64,000 nt of DNA from Hyalangium minutum (GCF_000737315.1 NZ_JMCB01000008.1:372001-436000), one strand, 5' to 3'. Counted from the first letter of the stretch, positions 1-10,383 are shown. Notes: generated from the sequence alone by a model not told the origin. Numbers and translations: made by a program.

Positions 1-1135
1 AGGACGTCCAGGCCACCTCCGGCTCCACCCGCTGGAGGCCCTTCCAGCGCGACAGCATCACCTCCAGCATGACCTTCGCCTCCAGCCGGGCCAGCGGCGC
101 CCCGAGGCAGAAGTGGATGTCCTTGCCGAAGGCCAGGTGTCCCTGGGTGTCCCGGTGGATGTCGAAGCGGTCCGGATCCGGGAACCGGCTCTCGTCCCGG
201 TTGGCCGATGCCAGCAGCGGCAACACGATGCTCCCCTGGGGAAGGTGCTCGCCGCCCACCTCCAGGTCCGTGGTCGTCTGCCGGAAGATGCACTGGGCCG
301 GGCTTTCGTAGCGCAGCACCTCCTCCACCAACTGCGGAATGAGCGAGGGGTTCGCCCTCACCTCCTCGAAGACCTCGGGATGGTTCGTCAGCGTCACCAG
401 GGTGTTGCCGATGAGGCTCGTCGTGGTCTCGTTGCCGGCAATCAGCAGCGTATTGATGAACCTCAGCACCTCCTCCGACGTCAGCTGGGCGCCCTCCACC
501 TCCGCCTGCATCAGCAGCGAGATGAGATCCTCCTTCGGCTCGCGGCGCCGCAGCTCGATCTCCCCACTGAAGTAGTGGGCGAACTCCTGAGCCGATTTCT
601 TCACCTGGGCCACGTTGCCCGCCTTGATCAACGACAGCGAGCTCACGGAGTCGTCTGACCAGCGCTTGAAGTCCCGGCGGCGCTCGGGCCCCACCCCGAG
701 CAGCTCGGCGATGACGATCATCGGCAGAGGGACGGTGATGTCCTGCACCAGCTCGCACTCACGCTGACCGGCCACGGCCTCCACCAGCTCGTGGGAGATC
801 TGCCGGATGCGCGGCTCCAGCTGGGCGATGGTGCGCGGAGTAAACGCCTTCGTCACCAGGCCGCGCAGCTTGCCGTGCCGGGGCGGATCCATCTGCACGA
901 TGGAGGCCGAGGCGCTGCCCGGGCTCCGAAGCTCGGGCGGGATGCTGGCCGTATAGCCCGTGTTCGAGAAGTGCTTGGAGTTCTGGAGCAGACTCAGCAC
1001 GTCCTGGTAGCGGCCCACGCTCAAGAAGCCCGTGGGCATCAGCTTGCACACGGCGGACGCTCGGCGCATCTCCGAGAACACCGCGTAGGGGTTGCGCAGG
1101 ACGTGAGGCGCGGCGACGTCAAAGACGGCGATCAT
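1..1135 (-). CDS. Cytochrome P450 (3' end runs off the left edge)
   Basis: Manual translation from ATG at 1135: MIAVFDVAAPHVLRNPY...MDPPRHGKLRGLV...AGNETTT (I-helix)...EEVLRY (ExxR)...HLAFGKDIHFCLGAPLARLEA (heme Cys motif). Absent from the ORF track because the stop is outside the window. Confidence 0.95.
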   Translation of the reverse strand, partial: MIAVFDVAAPHVLRNPYAVFSEMRRASAVCKLMPTGFLSVGRYQDVLSLLQNSKHFSNTGYTASIPPELRSPGSASASIVQMDPPRHGKLRGLVTKAFTPRTIAQLEPRIRQISHELVEAVAGQRECELVQDITVPLPMIVIAELLGVGPERRRDFKRWSDDSVSSLSLIKAGNVAQVKKSAQEFAHYFSGEIELRRREPKEDLISLLMQAEVEGAQLTSEEVLRFINTLLIAGNETTTSLIGNTLVTLTNHPEVFEEVRANPSLIPQLVEEVLRYESPAQCIFRQTTTDLEVGGEHLPQGSIVLPLLASANRDESRFPDPDRFDIHRDTQGHLAFGKDIHFCLGAPLARLEAKVMLEVMLSRWKGLQRVEPEVAWTS

Positions 1136-1264
1136 GGGCTCTCCAAGCACAGGGGCTGCCACAGCCGCAGCGAACCGGCACATCCTAGCCCGCCCTCTCC
1201 TCCTGCGGGCCTCCCCCCCGCTGTCCCACATGCGCAGCAGGACGGACTCACCTAAACTGTCTCC

Positions 1265-2194
1265 ATGCCCCTCCATCCACAGGCAGCAAACTTCCTTTCC
1301 ATGGTGGCCGGCGCGCCGCCGCTCGACACACAAACCCCCGAGGAGAACCGGGCCGGGGTTCGGGCCGTCCTGCCACTGACCGGAGCACCCACGGCGCTGG
1401 CGGACGTCACCGACACCACGCTGCCAGGTCCGGGGGGCGCCATCCCCGTGCGAGTGTACCGCCCGAGCAACGCCTCCCAGTTGCCCGTCGTGGCGTACTT
1501 CCACGGCGGTGGATGGCTCCTGGGCGACCTGGACAGCCACGACTCCACGTGCCGGGACATCGCCCGTTACGCGGAGGCCGTGGTGGTGGCGGTCCACTAT
1601 CGCCTCGCACCCGAGAATCCATTTCCCGCCGCCTACGAGGACTGCCTGGCCGTCACAAAGGCCCTGCTGGACGACAGCGCCGGCCTCGGCACGGACCGCA
1701 CGAGGGTCGCCATCGCGGGAGACAGCGCAGGTGGCAACCTGGCCGCAGGCATCGCCCAGGCTCTGCGAGGCAGTTCCCCGGGGCTGGTCCACCAGGTGCT
1801 CATCTATCCCCTCATGGACGCGCGCCTGCACCCGACGGGCAGCTCCACGCAGTTCAGTGAGGGCCACTTCCTGTCCCGGCGTGACCTCGAGTACTTCGTG
1901 AACACCTACGCGGGCGCGGCCGACCGGCAGGACTGGCGCCTCTCCCCGGGGCTTGCCAAAGACTTGAGCGGCCTGCCAGCGGCGACCGTGCTCACCGCCG
2001 AGTGCGATCCCTTGCGCGACGATGGCGAGTCCTATGCGGCGGCGCTGCGCTCGGCCTCGGTTCCGGTCGAGTACCGGTGCTTCGAAGGCCAGGTCCACCC
2101 GTTCGTCATGCTGGGCGGCATCATCGACGCAGCGAACGAGGCCCGTCGCCTGATTGGCGAGCAGCTTCGGCAGTCCTTCGCTCGGGCCCCCTAG
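1265..2194 (+). CDS. Alpha/beta hydrolase, HSL (family IV) esterase/lipase
   Basis: YFHGGGW, GDSAGG nucleophile elbow, ECDPLRDDG acid motif, GQVHPF His motif. Confidence 0.95.
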   Translation: MPLHPQAANFLSMVAGAPPLDTQTPEENRAGVRAVLPLTGAPTALADVTDTTLPGPGGAIPVRVYRPSNASQLPVVAYFHGGGWLLGDLDSHDSTCRDIARYAEAVVVAVHYRLAPENPFPAAYEDCLAVTKALLDDSAGLGTDRTRVAIAGDSAGGNLAAGIAQALRGSSPGLVHQVLIYPLMDARLHPTGSSTQFSEGHFLSRRDLEYFVNTYAGAADRQDWRLSPGLAKDLSGLPAATVLTAECDPLRDDGESYAAALRSASVPVEYRCFEGQVHPFVMLGGIIDAANEARRLIGEQLRQSFARAP

Positions 2195-2253
2195 CCTATC
2201 CTGCGCCCCGTGCGAATCGCCGTTCTTCTCCTCTGTGCCGCCGAGGTGGCGCC

Positions 2254-3057
2254 ATGAACCGCGTGGGGATCGCGATCGTCCTGGTGCTCGTTGCGGTGGC
2301 TGCCGCCATCGTCTTCGGGCTCACCCGGGATCCTTCGTCTTTCCGTTCCAAGCAGTTCCTCATCACGGGCCGCATGCCCAAGGACTGGTCTTTCCGCGAG
2401 CACCCAGGTTCGCTGGGGTTCTCGGTCTCTCGAGCGCATCCGACGGGCCGGTCGACGCGGAGCGCGGCCTGGGTGAAAGCCGTGATCGCCGACCCGGAGG
2501 CCACGCTCGAGTCGTGGCGGAACCGGCCGCCTTCGACGCATCGGGTGACCGACGTGACGATCGACTCCCAGCCGGCCATGCAGGTGCAGTCGCCGACAGA
2601 GCGCACCTACTACGTGAAGAACCACCGTGGGGACTTGCTCTCGATCCGGTTCGTGGAGGCGACGCCCGTCAACGAGATCGACGAGTTCATGGCGAACCTG
2701 CGCCTGCTCCCCGGGCGTCCGGTGGATCCTGATGCTCGGTTCGAGCTGAGCGGCACGGTGAGCCTGCTCACCGGCAACTGCATGCCGCCGGCCGAGTGCA
2801 AGCCACTCGGGGTGCAACGCGAGGTCGTCGTCCGCGGAGCAGGACCGAACCTCTCCGCGGGAGAAGAGGTCTCGCGCGCGCTGTCCGACCGAGACGGAGA
2901 CTTCGAGTTCGAGCTCCCGCCCGGCCGCTATCACGTCTTCGCGATCGAGGACGGGAAGGAGTGGTGCACGAGCTCGGGGCCATTCGGCCCGTGCGGCGTG
3001 CGGATCGTCGACCGGGACATCGAGACGTCGGTGGTCATCGATCGCGCGTCGCACTGA
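2254..3057 (+). CDS. Hypothetical membrane-anchored protein, C-terminal carboxypeptidase-regulatory-like beta domain
   Basis: ATG 2254 gives MNRVGIAIVLVLVAVAAAIVF (signal/TM). C-terminal SDRDGDFEFELPPGRYHV resembles prealbumin-like folds. Confidence 0.65.
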   Translation: MNRVGIAIVLVLVAVAAAIVFGLTRDPSSFRSKQFLITGRMPKDWSFREHPGSLGFSVSRAHPTGRSTRSAAWVKAVIADPEATLESWRNRPPSTHRVTDVTIDSQPAMQVQSPTERTYYVKNHRGDLLSIRFVEATPVNEIDEFMANLRLLPGRPVDPDARFELSGTVSLLTGNCMPPAECKPLGVQREVVVRGAGPNLSAGEEVSRALSDRDGDFEFELPPGRYHVFAIEDGKEWCTSSGPFGPCGVRIVDRDIETSVVIDRASH

Positions 3058-3179
3058 GCACCGGGCGGAGGCATGCCCCCGTCTCAGGCGGCCCCAACAT
3101 CGCGCGGAGAATCTCGTCCAGAGGCCGGACTCCAGGTACCGTCCCTTCGTTTCCTCCATGCCTGCTGAGGGTCTCTTCG

Positions 3180-3995
3180 ATGAAAACGGTTTCTGGGAAG
3201 CTCCTGCCGTTCCCCCTGGCGCTGCTGCTGGGCGCCTGTGCCACTCCGGGCGCCAGCGGTCATGAGCCGTCGGGCGCCGGCAACCCCGCGTGGCTTGCGG
3301 GCGCACGCGTCGTCGAGCTCAGCCATCCGCTCACCCCCGAGATGCCCCTCTTCCCGGGCGGAACGCCCCTCGGCGTGAAGGTGCAGGGCACTGTCGAGCA
3401 CGATGGCTACTACATCCGCCACTTCACGATCGGAGAGCACTCCGGTACGCACGTGGACGCTCCCGCCCACTTCGCTCCCGGCGCGGCCACGGTGGACCAG
3501 ATTCCGCCGGAGACCCTGATGGGCCCGGCCGCGGTGGTGGACGTCACGGCACAGGCGGCCCAGAACCCGGACTACGTGGTGTCCCCCGCGGACATCGAGG
3601 CCTGGGAGCGCGAGCATGGTCCGCTCCAGCCCCAGCACCTGGTGCTCATCCGCACGGGATGGGCCGCGCGGTGGCCCGACGAGAAGCGCTACCGCAACGC
3701 GGATGCCGCCGGGGTCCTGCACTTCCCTGGGCTCTCCGTGGCCACGAGCCAGCTGCTGCGCCAACGGAAGGTGCGCGCCGTGGGCATCGACACCCTCTCC
3801 GTGGATCCGGGCACCAACGCCACCTTCGAGGAGCACAGGGACTTCCTCGCCGGAGGCGGCTACCACATGGAGAACCTCGCGGATCTCTCGATGCTGCCTC
3901 CGGTGGGGGCGTTCCTCGTCGTCGCACCGCTGTCCGTCAAGGACGGCAGCGGCGCTCCGGCGCGGGTGTTCGCCTTTCTCCCCTCGAAAGAGTAG
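3180..3995 (+). CDS. Cyclase family (kynurenine formamidase-like) metal hydrolase, lipoprotein
   Basis: EHSGTHVDAPAHF signature, LIRTGW, VGIDTLSVD, ENL; lipobox LLLGAC. Start at ATG 3180. Confidence 0.9.
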   Translation: MKTVSGKLLPFPLALLLGACATPGASGHEPSGAGNPAWLAGARVVELSHPLTPEMPLFPGGTPLGVKVQGTVEHDGYYIRHFTIGEHSGTHVDAPAHFAPGAATVDQIPPETLMGPAAVVDVTAQAAQNPDYVVSPADIEAWEREHGPLQPQHLVLIRTGWAARWPDEKRYRNADAAGVLHFPGLSVATSQLLRQRKVRAVGIDTLSVDPGTNATFEEHRDFLAGGGYHMENLADLSMLPPVGAFLVVAPLSVKDGSGAPARVFAFLPSKE

Positions 3996-4048
3996 GAAGC
4001 TCGCCGTGCCCTGGAGCCCGGTGCCGACGACGCTCACCGGCGCACCCT

Positions 4049-4429
4049 TCAGAGGGCGAGGAACATGTTGACGCCGATCTGATCGCCATTGAGGGTGTCG
4101 CTTGTGGCAGGCGAGGACTTCCCGCCAGCAGACACCTGCTGCGCTTCATAGGACTGGTGAGCGAAGCGCAGATTGATGGACCAGCACAGGCTGCTGCACG
4201 ACACATAGCCCCCCTCGGCCACGAGCCCCAGGGTGTCGCCGAACCGGACGGAGGCATCCTGGCCGTCGAGCGACACTTTGGCCTGGGGAGCCATCACGTA
4301 CTGCAGACCGCCGCCCAGGCGAACAGCGGAACCGAGCTTGACGAAGCCCAGCAGTTCCAGCGGCCAGCGGTCGAACTTGATGCCCCCATTGGAGGCCGTG
4401 GCGTCGTCTACGTGGTAGGAGATCGTCGT
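4049..4429 (-). pseudogene. 3' fragment of an outer-membrane beta-barrel protein gene
   Basis: Frame open 4429..4049: TTISYHVDDATASNGGIKFDRWPLELLGFVKLGSAVRLGGGLQYV...GVNMFLAL (alternating beta-strands). TGA at 4432-4430 immediately upstream; no start or signal peptide. Confidence 0.6.
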
Positions 4430-4823
4430 TCAGGAACTCATTCCGCCGCTTCTGCGAGGAGCCCGCCGGGATGATCTCAAAGCCCCCGTTCGCGGTCAGG
4501 GCCTGGGAGAGGGCATTGCCGAGTTCCTCCTCCAGCTTGAGTTGCAGGCTCGCCTGCTGCTGGGTGAACGCCTGGGTCATGTTGGCGGTATCGGATGCTG
4601 CGACCAGCCCACCAATGAGGCCGAAGCTGGCCCCGGGGTGGTTCACGATGGTGACGCTGAGCTCCTCCGGACTGCTGAGCGGCATCAGCGCGATCGTCCG
4701 CACGTGCGTGTTGACTGCCTTGTCGTAGGGCTTGTGCGGCACACTGGCACAGCCCGTCAACGCCAGCGCCGCGCACAGCGCGACGAGCCTGAGCTCCGGC
4801 TTGCTTCTTGAGAACTGCTCCAT
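4422..4823 (-). pseudogene. 5' fragment of a lipoprotein gene, fused out of frame to the beta-barrel fragment
   Basis: LALTGCASV lipobox; protein-like up to RNEFLND, then low-quality RRRR text to the stop at 4146. Confidence 0.6.
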
Positions 4824-4900
4824 GGTCTCCCGCTGAGGTGATTCTGGCGGGCCTGATCAGGTGGCCCGCAGAGGGATGAGACCGTGAGCTGGAGAACGAT

Positions 4901-5389
4901 TCAGGGAATCGTCCTCATCCCGATGGAGCGTGGGTCCCGAGAAGAGAAGTCAAAGGCGGAAGAGGAAGGAGGGTTGGGCACGGCACCGGAATTCTGGGGG
5001 CTGGCCGCGCGGGTAGAGCCAAACCAGGTCACCAAGCCCCAGACGAGCATCGAAGTCCCCACGGTCACGGGAATGAAGGACGCGACACAGGCCACTTCGG
5101 GGATCTGATTTTCGTCGCAGGACCCTAGCTTCCGCACAAGGCCCACAGCTCCATAGGCGCCGACCAGGCCCCCGGCAACGGCGGCGACATTGCCGGGGTG
5201 GTCGATGCCGGAGATCTCCAAGCGTGGAATGGGAACCACCCATCCCGACTGGGTCTCGACGACCACCTCGTCCGGGTCGCTGTGTCGAATCTTGGCCTCG
5301 AACCGCCTTCCATCGAAGAGGGAAACCGTCGCGGTCGTCGAGCAACCGCAGAGCGCGGCCAGAAGCACCCAGGTGAGTCTCGTAGGCAT
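4901..5389 (-). CDS. Hypothetical lipoprotein with two C-terminal hydrophobic segments
   Basis: LLAALCGCS lipobox; GGLVGAYGAVG and VGTSMLVWGLVTWFG segments. Confidence 0.7.
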   Translation of the reverse strand: MPTRLTWVLLAALCGCSTTATVSLFDGRRFEAKIRHSDPDEVVVETQSGWVVPIPRLEISGIDHPGNVAAVAGGLVGAYGAVGLVRKLGSCDENQIPEVACVASFIPVTVGTSMLVWGLVTWFGSTRAASPQNSGAVPNPPSSSAFDFSSRDPRSIGMRTIP

Positions 5390-5410
5390 CGCTGCACCTC
5401 CCCCATCCCA

Positions 5411-8110
5411 TTATTTCCGCGGCTGCTCTCGGGGGCCCGCCTCCAGCGCGCGCAGAGGGGTATTCTGGCCCACGACGATGAAGGGTGCCCAGTAATGGGG
5501 ATGCCCATGGGTCTGCCGCAGCGCAAGCATCGCCTCACGCAGGGCCGTGGCGCGGCGGCCCTTCCCCTCGAGCAGGTTGCGGTAATAGTCCTCCATGAGC
5601 ACACGGGTGGTCTCGTCGTTCACCTTCCACAAGCTCATCACCACCGTCTCGGCCCCCGCCGCGACGAAGGCCCGGCGCAGCCCGTAGACGCCCTGCCCGA
5701 GTTTGACGTCCCCTCGCCCCGTGTCACAGGCGGACAGGACCACCAGCTGGGTGCCCCACAGGTTGAGGCCGGCCAGCTCCAGGGCCGTCACCATGGCGCT
5801 GTCGGGGGGAGGCTTGGCGGCGCCGGAGCCTCCGGACGTCGCCGCGCGCGCGCCCGCCAGGACGAGTCCCGAGCGCAGCAACGGATCGGCCGGGCGCGCG
5901 GCGAGGGCGTCCTCTCCCAACGCACCAAAGTGGCCCATGGCACGGGTGGACTCCTGCGTGCTGGGCTCCCCCAGGAAGAAGCCGTGGGTGGCCAGATGCA
6001 GCACGCCCGGAGCGGACAGGTGCAGGAGGCGGTCCTTGGTGGCTTCGGAGCCCAGGAAGAGCTGAGCGCTCGGAACCATGCGCTGGATGGCCTCGGCCTC
6101 CCCGCGGGTTCCAGGCAGCGGCGTCCAGAGACTCGCGCCCAGGTCGGTGCGCAGCGTGGAGAAGAAGCGCTCGACGAAGAAGGAGCGCTGCGTCGGCCCC
6201 GGTGTCTTGCCAGGGGCAGGCGGGACGGGAGCGTGGAAGTCCGGGTCGGCCAGGACGACCACCGACGGTGAAGGAGCCACCGTCCAGGTGCGCGGCAGCA
6301 AGTCCTTGCCGGAGGTGAGATAGGTGAAGTCGTAGGAGTCCACGAGGAACTCGGCGCCATCGTGAAGCGCGGCGAAGGGAACGAGGCCCAGCTGCCCGTC
6401 CGGCGAGATGAAGACGTTGCGGGTGCGGCCCAGGGCCTTCCTCAGGGGAGCGAAGACGAGCCGGTAGAGCGCCTGGGCAGGAACCAGGAAGTTCGCGTCG
6501 CGGTTGGCCAGGGCATCTCGCAGCCGAGCGGCGGCGCTATCGATGGGCTCGGCGGCTCCAAGCTCAAAGGCTTCGATGCTCCCGTCCGGGAAGAGAACCA
6601 TCGCCAGGTAGCGGAGCTCCTGCGGGGCCTGCGAGCCCCCGGCTCCGGGCCCGCGGAGGATCCCGCGATCCATGTAGGCGATGAACTCGACCAGCGCGTG
6701 AGTGGGCGGCAGGGCCTCCGCGACGAGGCTGACCACGTCTTCAGGAGGAGGCAGCGTGGTCAGCGCGCGCAGAGGCGCGGAGCGCCTGGCCAGGTCCGCT
6801 TCGAGGGCATCGCCCTGGCTGGCGAGTTCCTGAAGGCGCTGCTGGTAGTCGGCGGGCGCCAGCGATCCGGGCCCCTGAAGCGACAGGGTGGCCAGCTGGC
6901 TGCGCAAGCCGCGCAGCCGCTCGAAGGCGTCACGGTCCTGGGCACTGACACGCTGGTGGATGGTGCGTGAGGTATCCGCGGTCTCCTCGACGGAGCGGCC
7001 CTTGCGCAGGAGCGCGGCGGTGAGCGCCAGGTGCCGCACCTCATCCTCGGTGGGCATGGCTCGCTGCAGCTCGTAGAGCAGCTCCTCCTGGGTGCGCAGG
7101 TGCGCCATGAAGGCGGTCAGACGGGACTCTGAGAAGTCGAGTGCTTCCCGGCGCAGGCGCAGCTCGGAGATGGCGAACGCGCGCTGCAAGAGCGGCAGGG
7201 CATCGTCCAGCCGGTCATCGGCCAAGCGCAACTGGGCCAGGTTGATGAGCAGATCGGCGACGTAGGGATGGTTCCTGCCTTGAGTCGCCTCGATGATCGC
7301 GAGCGCGCGCCTGTAGCGCGGCTCTGCCCTCTCGACATCGCCTTGCCTGGCGAAGATGAGGGCGAGGTTGTTGAGCGAAGAGGCAATGTCGGGGTGATTC
7401 TTGGGCAGAGCCCTCTGCTGAAGGAAGAGAGCGCGCACGGCGAGTGGCTCCGCGCGCTCGTACGACCCGAGGTTCATGTAGAGGCTTGCGAGGTTGTTGA
7501 GCGAGGCGGCGACCTGGGGATGGTCCTTGCCGTAGGCCGCCTGATGAATGGCGAGCGCGCGTTTGTAGAGTGGCTCGGCCCGCTCGTACCGCCCCTGCTC
7601 CGAGTAGAGCCGGGCGAGGTTGCTGAGCACCACGGCGACCTGGGGATGGTCCTGACCGTGGGCCTTTTCCTGAATGGCGAGCGCGCGCTCGTACAGCGGC
7701 GCGGCGCGGTCATATGAGCCCTGCGCCTTGTAGAGAGAGGCGAGGTGGTCGAGCGAAGAGGCGATGTCGGGATGGCGCTTGTCCAGGGCTGCTTCCCGGA
7801 GCTCGAACCCGCGCTGGAGCAGGGGCTCAGCCTCGGCCGAGTTTCCCTGAAGCCGATGAAGCACCCCCAGCAGATCCAGACACCGGGCGGTCTCCAGATG
7901 AGTCCCCCCCAGCACCGCCTCCGTCAGCGCGAGCGCCTGCCTCCCGTGGATCAGCGCGTCGGCGTACCGGCCCGTCTCATAGAGCTTTGTCGCCCGGTCA
8001 TAGGCCTCCTGCGCCTGCTCCAGCTGCGACTCCGTCCGTTCCTCTCCGGCCATGGCTCCCGCCGCGCAACAGAGGACAGCGGCCATCATCCACGCGAGCG
8101 CCTGCCGCAT
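5411..8110 (-). CDS. Secreted TPR-repeat + CHAT (caspase-like) domain protein
   Basis: Start ATG 8110 after GGAGG; signal peptide; kinesin-light-chain-type TPRs (HPDIASSLNNLA); CHAT motifs LHLATHGFF and VVLSACDTG. Confidence 0.93.
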   Translation of the reverse strand: MRQALAWMMAAVLCCAAGAMAGEERTESQLEQAQEAYDRATKLYETGRYADALIHGRQALALTEAVLGGTHLETARCLDLLGVLHRLQGNSAEAEPLLQRGFELREAALDKRHPDIASSLDHLASLYKAQGSYDRAAPLYERALAIQEKAHGQDHPQVAVVLSNLARLYSEQGRYERAEPLYKRALAIHQAAYGKDHPQVAASLNNLASLYMNLGSYERAEPLAVRALFLQQRALPKNHPDIASSLNNLALIFARQGDVERAEPRYRRALAIIEATQGRNHPYVADLLINLAQLRLADDRLDDALPLLQRAFAISELRLRREALDFSESRLTAFMAHLRTQEELLYELQRAMPTEDEVRHLALTAALLRKGRSVEETADTSRTIHQRVSAQDRDAFERLRGLRSQLATLSLQGPGSLAPADYQQRLQELASQGDALEADLARRSAPLRALTTLPPPEDVVSLVAEALPPTHALVEFIAYMDRGILRGPGAGGSQAPQELRYLAMVLFPDGSIEAFELGAAEPIDSAAARLRDALANRDANFLVPAQALYRLVFAPLRKALGRTRNVFISPDGQLGLVPFAALHDGAEFLVDSYDFTYLTSGKDLLPRTWTVAPSPSVVVLADPDFHAPVPPAPGKTPGPTQRSFFVERFFSTLRTDLGASLWTPLPGTRGEAEAIQRMVPSAQLFLGSEATKDRLLHLSAPGVLHLATHGFFLGEPSTQESTRAMGHFGALGEDALAARPADPLLRSGLVLAGARAATSGGSGAAKPPPDSAMVTALELAGLNLWGTQLVVLSACDTGRGDVKLGQGVYGLRRAFVAAGAETVVMSLWKVNDETTRVLMEDYYRNLLEGKGRRATALREAMLALRQTHGHPHYWAPFIVVGQNTPLRALEAGPREQPRK

Positions 8111-8793
8111 CACAACCTCCCGGCAATCCCGATGGTGGCCCCCAGTCCCTGCCTGGCCAGGGTCAGCACAGGAACGAAGCGAGGCGGAGAGGATGGAGCG
8201 CTCGAGGCATAACCATGGGACAGCCACGGCTCGGGCGCCGAGAGCTCGTAGCCCAGGGTCGCTCCAACGGTGGGCAGAAACAAGATGCCGGCGACCGCGA
8301 ACACCCCGGAAGTACAGCTCCAGGTCTCGGAGATCTCGCACCCTTCGAGCCCGACCAGGGCCGAACCGGCGACGAGCGGCACAACGAGGCCGAGGATGCT
8401 TCCCAACAGGGTGAAGCCCAATCGGCCCCGGCCGTCCATCGCCCAGCCGGTGACAGCCACCCCCAGGCTGGTGGCCAGCACATCGAGTGATAACGGGACC
8501 GCGAGCTGCCCGAACGTTGGGGACTCGGAGAGGGCCAGACTGCCCACCGCCATGCCTACGACGCCTCCCCCGAGCCCCGCCAAGGACTCGATGAGGATGC
8601 GGCCAGCCGAGCCCCCCTCGCCGCTCCCGTCATGGATGGTCGAATCCATGTCCGTATCCAGCAGGTAGGATTTCCCACGCTGGGAGCCAGGCAGTGCCAG
8701 GGAAGAAACTCCATCGAGGCGAGGGAGGATGGAGGCCTCCCCGCCCGGGGACAGGGAGGCAAGGGCGACGGTCAGGACGCAGAGCGTGTACAT
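8110..8793 (-). CDS. Hypothetical secreted/membrane glycine-zipper-like protein
   Basis: Start ATG 8793 (MYTLCVLTVALA); several Gly-rich hydrophobic helices; its TGA overlaps the CHAT gene ATG (TGATG). Confidence 0.7.
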   Translation of the reverse strand: MYTLCVLTVALASLSPGGEASILPRLDGVSSLALPGSQRGKSYLLDTDMDSTIHDGSGEGGSAGRILIESLAGLGGGVVGMAVGSLALSESPTFGQLAVPLSLDVLATSLGVAVTGWAMDGRGRLGFTLLGSILGLVVPLVAGSALVGLEGCEISETWSCTSGVFAVAGILFLPTVGATLGYELSAPEPWLSHGYASSAPSSPPRFVPVLTLARQGLGATIGIAGRL

Positions 8794-8919
8794 GGCGTTC
8801 TCCCGAGGGAGCCCCGAAAGGCAGCAGGCGGATGGCATGGGCCGGAATGGCCCCTCCCCCCGGTAGAGCCAGTGACCTGGAGAATCATGCAGCCCCAGGC
8901 TCCAGAGCCCTCAGACCTC

Positions 8920-9888
8920 TCAGCGACGCTTGCTGGCCTTCTGCGTGGACCAGGCGAAGCTGTACTCGCGCTCTTCAACCTCCTCGCGCTCCTGGCCCTC
9001 CACCTGCAGCTTCGTCACCTGCGAGGTTCGGGCGCTGTAGGGGCGCAGCGTGGCGGCGTCCGTTACCACCTCCAAGGTGGAGACGCGGCGCGCCGACTTG
9101 AGCATCGCATTGAAGTCCGGCGTCTTGTCCGCGGGGCCTGCGGCCTTCATCATCTGCGCCATCACGCCCGCCATCCCCTTGCGGAAGGGCTCGCCCTCGA
9201 GGACCGTCTCCATCTCCAGGCGCACCGCACCCTTGCGGCCCGCCTCCGGTCCGCGGTGGCGCACCGTCACCTGGCTGTCCACCGGCCCGGAGGGCAGCTG
9301 CATCGGCACCGTGCCCGAGCGCTCCGCTCCAGCCGCCAGATCCGTGCCCACCCAGGCCCCCACCCACACGTTCCAGAAATCTCCCGCCTTCTGCTTCATC
9401 ATCTGCGCCATCGACGGCTGCGAGAGTGCCGCGCGCATCTGCTCGCGCATGCCCTTCTCCTCGGGAATCATCGCGAGGGCCCGCGCCACGGTCTCCTCCA
9501 TCCCCACCACATCCACCACCTGGCCCTCGGGCGAGAGCACCAACGTGGGGATGGCGCCGGCCACCGCCGCGGCGGCCTTGATGTCCAGGGGCAGCGGGCC
9601 CTTGGTGACATCGCGCCCGTCCAGCTCCACGAACTGGAACTTGTCCAGCTTCAGCTCGTACCCGCCCCCCTGACGCGCCGACAGCGCCGCGTCGTAACGC
9701 ACGACCGAGCGCCTGCCCTTCTTGAGGATGCGCTCGGTCACCGTCACCCGCGACGGCGCGCCCCAGGCGAAGCGCAGCTCGGGACCGGCCGCGAGGGCTT
9801 CCGCCTTCGGAGCGGCGGCAGTGGGGTCGGCGGCGAGAGCAGAACTGGCTGTGAACAGCATCGCCGCCAGGAGAACGACGAAGCGCAT
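8920..9888 (-). CDS. Hypothetical secreted protein
   Basis: MRFVVLLAAMLFTASSALA signal peptide; GC3-rich coding pattern. Confidence 0.75.
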   Translation of the reverse strand: MRFVVLLAAMLFTASSALAADPTAAAPKAEALAAGPELRFAWGAPSRVTVTERILKKGRRSVVRYDAALSARQGGGYELKLDKFQFVELDGRDVTKGPLPLDIKAAAAVAGAIPTLVLSPEGQVVDVVGMEETVARALAMIPEEKGMREQMRAALSQPSMAQMMKQKAGDFWNVWVGAWVGTDLAAGAERSGTVPMQLPSGPVDSQVTVRHRGPEAGRKGAVRLEMETVLEGEPFRKGMAGVMAQMMKAAGPADKTPDFNAMLKSARRVSTLEVVTDAATLRPYSARTSQVTKLQVEGQEREEVEEREYSFAWSTQKASKRR

Positions 9889-10383
9889 CGGGTGTACCTC
9901 ATCAGGTATCGAGTGGGTCCGCGCGTATAACACGGGTCCTGCCTCCCCTGCCTGCGCTGGGCTTGAGACTCCTGCGAGTTCGCCGGATTTGTCAGGGGCT
10001 TCTGTCAGCTCTCCCGCACTCTGGATGTAGCGGCTTTCGACAACGCAGTTTCAGGAGTCACTCAATGCAAAGAAGCTCTTGGGGCTGGATGAAACGGCTG
10101 TTGGGACTCTGGCTGGGAGTGGGTGTGGGCAGCCGCCGGAGGCGCCGGAAGAGCAGGCTTCGCTGGGCGCTGCTCTCGGGAGCGCTTTCTCACGAGTGAA
10201 CTCGGGGCTGAGTGGCATTGAGCTTTGGAGGGGCGTTTCGCTTCGGGGAGGCGCATGCGGGACGCGACATCTCCCCCCTTGCTACTTCCAGCTGTATGCC
10301 ACGACCTGGGGATTGCCACAAGCCCCCCTCTGTGAGGCACAGACGCCGGCCGCACGCGAAAAACAGCGGGCGCGGAGGAACAA

